DNA of 62,682 nt from a bacterium (GTDB lineage: Bacteria; Patescibacteriota; Microgenomatia; UBA1400; UBA12108). How positions within the stretch are numbered: the first letter of the stretch is position 1; the number at the start of each line of letters is the position of its first letter. The notes below the pieces were generated by a model, which saw only the letters and a program-made list of their open reading frames with translations, made no database searches and had not been told where the DNA came from. A program made the translations under genes and the position numbers. Shown piece by piece: positions 1 to 6,039 of the stretch. The stretch lies in the NCBI GenBank assembly GCA_021788365.1, contig JAJYKS010000006.1, forward strand, positions 1 to 62,682, read 5' to 3'.

Positions 1-63
1 TGGTATCCATACTATGTGGTATTGGTGTCTCCACATTCCATGTGCATTGAGCTTTGTTTTCAC
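1..63 (-). mobile_element. tnpA: IS200/IS605-family (HUH Y1) transposase TnpA, 5' end only (runs off window start)
   Basis: Minus strand from GTG at 63 reads MKTKLNAHGMWRHQYHIVWIP, matching the H..W...YHIVW.PKYR N-terminus of IS200-type TnpA; not in the ORF track. Confidence 0.75.
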
Positions 64-85
64 ATCCAAATTGTCTCACATTCAC

Positions 86-117
86 TCACGGGCTTACGCC
101 CGTGATCCTCTGTGAGG
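86..117 (-). repeat. Subterminal hairpins of the IS200/IS605-like element (putative left end)
   Basis: Perfect 8-bp stem TCACGGGC-ttac-GCCCGTGA (86-105) plus CCTC-tgt-GAGG (107-117), 23 nt upstream of the tnpA start. Confidence 0.6.
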
Positions 118-165
118 GGGTCAATAGTAACAAGATTTTGTAGTTGTTTCAATATGTCCTATAAC

Positions 166-194
166 TTGACAGTTAGCCTGGAATGTGCTATATT
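166..194 (+). promoter_or_regulatory. sigma70-type promoter
   Basis: TTGACA (166-171), 17 bp, TATATT (189-194) with extended TGn. Confidence 0.6.
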
Positions 195-402
195 TCTGTG
201 CGTCAGTATCCAGACAAAACCAGGCTAACGCAGTTTGTACTTTGTCTTCATACTAACAAAATCTTGCACATTAAAATGCGGAAGTTATCTCCTTTTCCAA
301 GTGGGTAATTTTGTGGGTATTATGGTATCTACAAAAATACCCACTTGGGTAGAAAAACGTTTTTCAATCCATTCTGTTCTGAGACAAAAAAAGGAGATCG
401 AC

Positions 403-717
403 ATGAATAAAAAAGTTGTTGGTTTAAGTTTCTCGTTTTGTGTTCGTGACATCGCGAGTGGTCGCATTGCACTCGACGAAGTCGAGAAGATTGTGGCCGC
501 AACCGCCGCAGACTCTCCCGCCGCGTGGGAAGAACTACTTGCCTCCTACAAGGAGACGTACTGGGACGACAATCCCGACGAGTGCGAGCGGATTGCGCGG
601 TACTTCATTGACAACGGCAAGGTTGAACAACCCCGCCTTTCAGGTCAGGAAGCGCATAACATCGCCGCAGGGCATTGGCTGGTAAACGGTCATCAGACCC
701 GCAATCCCCGCGAATAG
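403..717 (+). CDS. Hypothetical protein (104 aa)
   Basis: ORF 235-717; ATG 403 follows AAGGAG SD; protein-like composition. Confidence 0.7.
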   Translation: MNKKVVGLSFSFCVRDIASGRIALDEVEKIVAATAADSPAAWEELLASYKETYWDDNPDECERIARYFIDNGKVEQPRLSGQEAHNIAAGHWLVNGHQTRNPRE

Positions 718-947
718 CGAACCAAAACAACCAAATACATAAAAACCATGAATACATGGGTGGCGTAAGCCAACGGATTGTTCCGTTATAAACAATACTT
801 CCGCACAAGAAGTGCAAGAACCGCCCGCCCGAAGCTGGAAGTCTGTGATTACATCACAAATTTTCAGTTAGGGCGGTTCTTGTATCAAAAACTAATCGAC
901 AAATGTGCTAGCATATACTCATTAAGTCATTATTTAAGGAGTAAAAT

Positions 948-1475
948 ATGTCACCAAACTTAGTAAGTAGCACCTCATTTTTCTTATCAAATTTTGCCAA
1001 GAAATTAGCTGATGGCAAAACAACGCTTGATGAACTCAAGACACAAATGGAGGGTTCAGTTATTACTCCTGCCAGCAAATTCGATAATGCAGCCGACTTG
1101 GTTGAAGCTTATGGGGATTCGTATTTTCACGGGATTGACGGTAAGGTAGTTATGGATATCGCACAAACCTATATTGAGGGTGTGACCCAAGCAAAGGCGG
1201 AAGGCAGATATTTTGGTCGGAATCGAATGGAGGTTGAGGAAGTATATGGAGAGGACAGACAGAAGGCAGAAAATAGCTTGGTCGAATTCTATAACACGCA
1301 TGGTTTTGGTGTAATGCCAGAGGAACAGTTTCGAGAGGCTAAATTGGATAGTAGGCCAGTTGGTGTATATTTGATGGACTACTATAGCCCAGTTGAGGCG
1401 TTCACCAATAAACCAAGCATGCTAAATGGTGAACAAGTTAATCCTGGCGACATTAAGCCCTTACCCAGAGCATAA
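948..1475 (+). CDS. Hypothetical protein (175 aa)
   Basis: ORF with AAGGAG SD; G-rich plus strand, unlike its neighbours. Confidence 0.75.
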   Translation: MSPNLVSSTSFFLSNFAKKLADGKTTLDELKTQMEGSVITPASKFDNAADLVEAYGDSYFHGIDGKVVMDIAQTYIEGVTQAKAEGRYFGRNRMEVEEVYGEDRQKAENSLVEFYNTHGFGVMPEEQFREAKLDSRPVGVYLMDYYSPVEAFTNKPSMLNGEQVNPGDIKPLPRA

Positions 1476-1493
1476 ATTGTGTTATCATAATGT

Positions 1494-1588
1494 CGCCAGC
1501 AAAGCTGGCGGATCGCGCGCGAAAAAAACAAAATGACTGCGCGGCGCCCCGCACCGCCGCGCTCCTTATCAGGCCGCCGGAGGCGGCC
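1494..1588. repeat. Cluster of three GC-rich REP-like hairpins
   Basis: CGCCAGC-aaa-GCTGGCG (1494-1510); GCGCGGCG-8nt-CGCCGCGC (1539-1562); GGCCGCC-gga-GGCGGCC (1572-1588). Confidence 0.6.
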
Positions 1589-1652
1589 GCAGAGACCTTC
1601 TAACATCTACATAAAAGGCCACTTCATTTGACACCCGTGTATAATGGCTCCA

Positions 1653-1697
1653 ATGAAACTCGTAATCCGCATAACCACCACGACTACCATCCGCTAA
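1653..1697 (+). CDS. Thr-rich attenuator leader peptide MKLVIRITTTTTIR
   Basis: 14-codon ORF with five consecutive Thr codons (1674-1688), 7 nt after TATAAT, followed by mutually exclusive hairpins upstream of thrS. Confidence 0.9.
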   Translation: MKLVIRITTTTTIR

Positions 1698-1747
1698 CGC
1701 GGGGGAGTGTGTTGGATATGCTCACTCCCGCGCCACGCGGGAGTTTT
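1698..1747 (+). terminator. thrS attenuator: antiterminator/terminator pair
   Basis: Terminator ACTCCCGCG-cca-CGCGGGAGT-TTT (1724-1747); its 5' arm can alternatively pair with CGCGGGGGAGTG (1698-1709). Confidence 0.88.
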
Positions 1748-1781
1748 AGTATCTACCCATATACGCTAGAATAAGGAACAT

Positions 1782-3581
1782 ATGCAAAAACAAAAACAAG
1801 AAAGTCTAATACCAGATCTCCATCCGCTGCGCCACAGCGCGGAACACGTTCTCCACCAGGCGATGAAGGAACTCTATCCTTCGATACACCTGGCAATGGG
1901 CCCAGCAACAGACGAAGGCTTCTACTTTGACTTCGACGGCAAAGTCGATGGCAAGAGTGAGGTGGTTATCTCCGAGGCCGATTTCCCGAAAATCGAGAAA
2001 CGCATGGCAGAAATCATTAAAAAGGATCTCCCAATTACCAGATACGAAGTTTCTGAAAAAGAAGCTCGTAAACTCTTTGCCGACAACCCGTACAAACAGG
2101 AGTGGATCGACAAAGCCGTACAAGAGGGTAAAAACATCTCGATCTACTGGACCGGAGAACCAGAGAAACCGGGATCCATGGTGGACCTCTGCAAGGGCCC
2201 TCACGTCGAAAGCACGGGGAAGATAAAAGCGTTTAAGCTCCTCTCCGTGGCCGGTGCCTACTGGCACGGAGATGAGAAGAACAAAATGCTGACCCGTATC
2301 TATGGCACAGCCTTCTTCTCACAACAGGAGCTCGAGGAGCACTTGAAACGGCTAGAAGATGCCAAACTTCACGACCACCGTAAGCTTGGGCGTGATCTCA
2401 ACTTATTCGTTTTCTCCGATCTCGTTGGTAAAGGTCTTCCCATGCTCACGCCATACGGAACAACGATTCGTCGAGAGCTCGAACGATTTGTCGTCGACGA
2501 AGAGATACGACGTGGCTATCAGCACGTTATGACCCCGTCCCTCGCTAAGGTCGACCTCTACCGAACGAGTGGTCACTACCCATACTACAAAGACACTATG
2601 TATCCCCCAATGGTAGTCGACGAAGACGAGCTCATCTTGCGCCCGATGACCTGTCCGCATCACTTCCAGATGTACGTGAGCAGACCGAGGAGCTATCGGG
2701 AGCTTCCCATCCGCTACGCGGAGTTGGCAGACTTATTCCGATATGAGAAGAGTGGCGAGCTATCTGGGCTCATGCGTGTTCGCACGTTCTGCCTGGCAGA
2801 CGCCCACATTATCTGCACCAAGGAGCAAGCGGTGGGGGAGATAAACGCAGTTCTCGACCTCATCGAGTTCGTAAACAACACGCTCGGCATGAAAAAAGGT
2901 GTGGACTATCGCTATCGTCTCTCCTTGGGTGATCGCAGTGACACCAAAAAATATTACAAAGACGATTCCTCCTGGGATTACGCCGAAGGAGTACTACGAA
3001 GTGTCGTACAGTCGCGCGACGTTCCCTATTACGAAGCCGAAAACGAGGCCGCATTTTACGGCCCCAAAATCGATGTGCAGGTAAAAAATGTCGCCGGAAA
3101 AGAAGAGACTGCCTTTACCTGCCAATACGACTTCGTCATGCCTAAGCGCTTCAAGCTACGTTTTACCAATGCAGAAGGAGCAGAAGAAGAACCCATAGTG
3201 GTTCACCGGAGCAGCATCGGCGCATTCGAACGGACTATGGCATTTCTCATCGAGAAATACGCAGGGGCATTCCCGCTCTGGCTCTCGCCTGTACAGGTAA
3301 AGCTCGCCACTGTCTCAGAAAAAGAGCTGGGCGCTGCAGAAAAGGTAAAAACTGCTCTTAGTAGGGAAGGAATACGAGTGGAGCTCGATGATAGCAATCG
3401 TACGCTCGGGAAAAAGTCATCCGACGCACGAAGCGAAAAGGTTCCGTATTTTGCCATCGTAGGTGCAAAAGAGGCAGAGAACGGCACCGTCACGCTCAAG
3501 AATAGAGCGGGCGAACAGGTAGTACTCACCATAGACGAAGCAGTTGCCAAACTCAAGCAGGAAATAGTAAGCAAACAATAG
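1782..3581 (+). CDS. thrS: Threonyl-tRNA synthetase (lacks N-terminal TGS domain)
   Basis: HSAEH editing motif, DLCKGPHV, RPMTCPHH, AAFYGPKID, class II core and anticodon domain. Confidence 0.99.
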   Translation: MQKQKQESLIPDLHPLRHSAEHVLHQAMKELYPSIHLAMGPATDEGFYFDFDGKVDGKSEVVISEADFPKIEKRMAEIIKKDLPITRYEVSEKEARKLFADNPYKQEWIDKAVQEGKNISIYWTGEPEKPGSMVDLCKGPHVESTGKIKAFKLLSVAGAYWHGDEKNKMLTRIYGTAFFSQQELEEHLKRLEDAKLHDHRKLGRDLNLFVFSDLVGKGLPMLTPYGTTIRRELERFVVDEEIRRGYQHVMTPSLAKVDLYRTSGHYPYYKDTMYPPMVVDEDELILRPMTCPHHFQMYVSRPRSYRELPIRYAELADLFRYEKSGELSGLMRVRTFCLADAHIICTKEQAVGEINAVLDLIEFVNNTLGMKKGVDYRYRLSLGDRSDTKKYYKDDSSWDYAEGVLRSVVQSRDVPYYEAENEAAFYGPKIDVQVKNVAGKEETAFTCQYDFVMPKRFKLRFTNAEGAEEEPIVVHRSSIGAFERTMAFLIEKYAGAFPLWLSPVQVKLATVSEKELGAAEKVKTALSREGIRVELDDSNRTLGKKSSDARSEKVPYFAIVGAKEAENGTVTLKNRAGEQVVLTIDEAVAKLKQEIVSKQ

Positions 3582-3592
3582 TTACCAGATCA

Positions 3593-3626
3593 CATACCAG
3601 GTATGCAATATTGCATACCTGGTATG
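3593..3626. repeat. Perfect 34-bp palindrome
   Basis: CATACCAGGTATGCAAT/ATTGCATACCTGGTATG; a half-unit recurs at 61726-61749. Confidence 0.85.
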
Positions 3627-3670
3627 AAATTACATCACTAATAATCAAGAAATCCGCTATAATAAGCAAC

Positions 3671-4186
3671 ATGAAGTTTTACGCCATCAACCAATTTGTA
3701 AAAGGAACCGAGCTCCGTGTCGTGGACGAAACTGGCAAACAAATAGGCGTTATGAGCAAAACCGACGCCTTGGTTGAGGCCCAAAATCGCAATTTGGATC
3801 TAGTCGAAATCGCGCCTCTTGCCAAGCCTCCAGTTGCCAAGATTATAGATTTCAAGAAATTTAAGTATCTCGAGGCAAAAAAAGAGCGAGAGGGTCGCGC
3901 CAAAAGCGGCAAAGTAGAGCTTAAGGAAATCCGATTTACTCCATTTATTGCCACTGGTGATTTTGAGTCACGTGTAGGCCGCATGAAGGATATACTTGAG
4001 GATGGCGACCGAGTAAAGATTGTGGTAAAATTCACCGGTCGTCAAATCACGCACCCAGAGTTCGGACACGATCTTGTAAAAAAGATCCTGTCTTCACTTG
4101 AGGGAACAGCGGTTGCCGACGGAGTCGCAAAACTCCAAGGAAAGCAGTTGTTCTTGGTATTAAATCCGACCAAGAAGGCAAAATAA
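3671..4186 (+). CDS. infC: Translation initiation factor IF-3
   Basis: LRVVDETGKQIG, LDLVEIAP..PPVAKIIDFKKFKY, VELKEIRF; ATG 3671 is 7 nt after TATAAT. Confidence 0.97.
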   Translation: MKFYAINQFVKGTELRVVDETGKQIGVMSKTDALVEAQNRNLDLVEIAPLAKPPVAKIIDFKKFKYLEAKKEREGRAKSGKVELKEIRFTPFIATGDFESRVGRMKDILEDGDRVKIVVKFTGRQITHPEFGHDLVKKILSSLEGTAVADGVAKLQGKQLFLVLNPTKKAK

Positions 4187-4190
4187 ATCT

Positions 4191-4382
4191 ATGAAACGCA
4201 AAAGTAAGAAATCGCTGACAAAGCGAATCAAAGTGACAAAAAACGGTAAGATATTGCGTCGCACGCAGAACATGCGGCATCGCCGTTCACACAAGACTGC
4301 CGCCCAAGTCCGTCGTATGAAGGTAGTAAAAACCTTACACGGTCGCATTGCACGACGCGTAAAAAAGATTGTAGGAGCCTAG
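4191..4382 (+). CDS. rpmI: 50S ribosomal protein L35
   Basis: Basic 63 aa, KR.KVTKNGK..R, position in infC-rpmI-rplT. Confidence 0.93.
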   Translation: MKRKSKKSLTKRIKVTKNGKILRRTQNMRHRRSHKTAAQVRRMKVVKTLHGRIARRVKKIVGA

Positions 4383-4385
4383 AAT

Positions 4386-4739
4386 ATGACACGTGTTAAA
4401 AATAGCCCCACCAAACGTGCGCGCCACCACAAGGTGTTTGCACGAACCCGTGGGTTCCGCATGACCAAAAATCATCTGTGGAAAGTGGCACACGAAGCCT
4501 ACCTCCACGCCCTCGACTACTCCTTCCAAGGAAGGAAAGACCGCAAATCAGACATGAAATCACTCTGGATTGTGCGTCTCAATGCTGCACTTCGCGAGCT
4601 CGACCCCAAGTACACCTACAGTCGCTTTGTTGCCGATCTAAAAAAGAAAAACATCGTGCTCGATCGCAAGGTTTTGGCCGACGTCGCCGTTTCCGACACC
4701 CCAACTTTCAAGAAAATCGTCGAAGCAGCCTCAAAATAA
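4386..4739 (+). CDS. rplT: 50S ribosomal protein L20
   Basis: MTRVK, GRK.RK...KSLWIVRLNAA, YSRF..LKK.NI.LDRKVLAD. Confidence 0.98.
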   Translation: MTRVKNSPTKRARHHKVFARTRGFRMTKNHLWKVAHEAYLHALDYSFQGRKDRKSDMKSLWIVRLNAALRELDPKYTYSRFVADLKKKNIVLDRKVLADVAVSDTPTFKKIVEAASK

Positions 4740-4756
4740 TCCCATACATCGGGGTA

Positions 4757-4857
4757 TTGACAAAATTGCAGCCTGTAGTGTACTATGTGCGTCTTGCGAG
4801 AAGCAACCACTCCGGCAGCTATTGTATATATAGACTTGCCTACGAGAGGTTGCTTTT
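4757..4857 (+). ncRNA. Candidate small structured RNA (promoter followed by rod hairpin ending in U-run)
   Basis: TTGACA 4757-4762, 18 bp, TACTAT 4781-4786; hairpin AAGCAACC (4801-08)/GGTTGCTT (4848-55) with inner CTC/GAG, GGCA/TGCC, CTAT/ATAG; no ORF. Confidence 0.4.
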
Positions 4858-4875
4858 GGCGTATCTAGGGGTAAT

Positions 4876-4905
4876 TTGACAGGAAACAGTAACACGTAGT
4901 ATCCT
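4876..4905 (+). promoter_or_regulatory. Promoter of the pheST leader
   Basis: TTGACA 4876-4881, 18 bp, TATCCT 4900-4905, 8 nt before the leader ATG. Confidence 0.6.
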
Positions 4906-4913
4906 CTCCCCAC

Positions 4914-4958
4914 ATGAGTCACAAAGAAAATTTATTTTTCTTTTTTACCACCAGCTAA
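4914..4958 (+). CDS. Phe-rich attenuator leader peptide MSHKENLFFFFTTS (pheM-like)
   Basis: 14-codon ORF with four consecutive Phe codons (4935-4946) upstream of pheST attenuator hairpins. Confidence 0.9.
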   Translation: MSHKENLFFFFTTS

Positions 4959-4959
4959 A

Positions 4960-5006
4960 CGCGGGGAGGTAAACGTGCCTACCACCCCGCGGGAGCGGGG
5001 TTTTTT
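4960..5006 (+). terminator. pheST attenuator: antiterminator/terminator pair
   Basis: Terminator ACCCCGC-ggga-GCGGGGT-TTTTT (4984-5006); antiterminator GCGGGGAGGTA (4961-71)/TACCACCCCGC (4980-90); 1:2 pairing TTTACC (4944-49)/GGTAAA (4968-73). Confidence 0.88.
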
Positions 5007-5034
5007 GTGAGCACAAGATGTTACAATGAAACCT

Positions 5035-6039
5035 ATGCAAAACAAGATTGATACAATTAAAAATACCTTCATCGCAGACCTGGTTGCAGCAGCAACGCTC
5101 GAAGCTCTAGAAGCGATCCGAATAAAGTACCTCGGCAAATCGAAAGGGGAGACAACGCTTCTCCTCAAGGAATTACAATCGCTCTCACTCGACGATAAAA
5201 AGCACTATGGCCCCCTCCTCAACCAACTAAAGCACTATCAAGAGTCAGAACTAGAAAATAAATATAAAATACTAAATAGCGAAATAAAAAATGAAACAGA
5301 CCTCACTATTCCCGGCACTCCCCGTCCAGTCGGCCACCTACACCCCACCTCAGTTGTCATCCGAGAAATGAACGAATTCTTCCGCTACCACGGTTTCTCC
5401 ATAGGAGAAGGGCCTGAAATTGAAAATGCTGACTACAATTTCCGACGCTTAAATTTGCCGGAAGGGCATCCTGCGACAGATCTCCAGGACACACTCTTTA
5501 TCAAAGAGCCAGATATACTGCTGCGCACACACACCTCATCGGTAGAAACGCGCATACTTTCGGCGTACCACGACAAGCTACCCCTACGAGTCGTAGTCCC
5601 CGGCAAGTGCTACCGCAACGAGACAGGCAATGCCACCAACAATAGCTTCTTCTACCAATATCAAGGATTCGTTGTAGACAAGGGGATCACCATCCAGCAT
5701 CTAAAAGACGTCCTCACCAAATTCCACCAATTCTTGTTCGGCAAAGATGTAGTGCTACGCTTCCGCTACAAATACTACCCCGAGGTTTCTCCCGGTATGG
5801 GCGTCGACATGCAGTGCCAATTCTGCAAAGGGGTGGGGTGCGGCGTGTGTAAATATCGCGGCTATATCGAGGTTTTGGGGAGCGGCATGATCCACTACAA
5901 CACGCTTCTAGCTTGTGGTATCGATCCTGACATCTACACCGGTTTCGCCTGGGGCATGGGTTTAGACCGCCTCGTCATGAGTAAATTCGGTATCACTGAT
6001 ATTAGGAAACTTTATAGCGGAGATATCGTCTACCTATGA
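5035..6039 (+). CDS. pheS: Phenylalanyl-tRNA synthetase alpha subunit
   Basis: GHLHP, HPATDLQDT, LLRTHTSS, PGKCYRN, GFAWGMGLDRL; start 5035 (5026 alternative). Confidence 0.99.
   Translation: MQNKIDTIKNTFIADLVAAATLEALEAIRIKYLGKSKGETTLLLKELQSLSLDDKKHYGPLLNQLKHYQESELENKYKILNSEIKNETDLTIPGTPRPVGHLHPTSVVIREMNEFFRYHGFSIGEGPEIENADYNFRRLNLPEGHPATDLQDTLFIKEPDILLRTHTSSVETRILSAYHDKLPLRVVVPGKCYRNETGNATNNSFFYQYQGFVVDKGITIQHLKDVLTKFHQFLFGKDVVLRFRYKYYPEVSPGMGVDMQCQFCKGVGCGVCKYRGYIEVLGSGMIHYNTLLACGIDPDIYTGFAWGMGLDRLVMSKFGITDIRKLYSGDIVYL

Noticed and set aside
844-858. CRP/FNR site TGTGA-N5-TCACA
   Set aside because: Spacer is 5 rather than 6, and it is better explained as the tip of a larger hairpin.
299-885. 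Integron attC sites between orphan genes
   Set aside because: The hairpins lack clear RYYYAAC/GTTRRRY ends, are not right after stop codons, and no intI is present.
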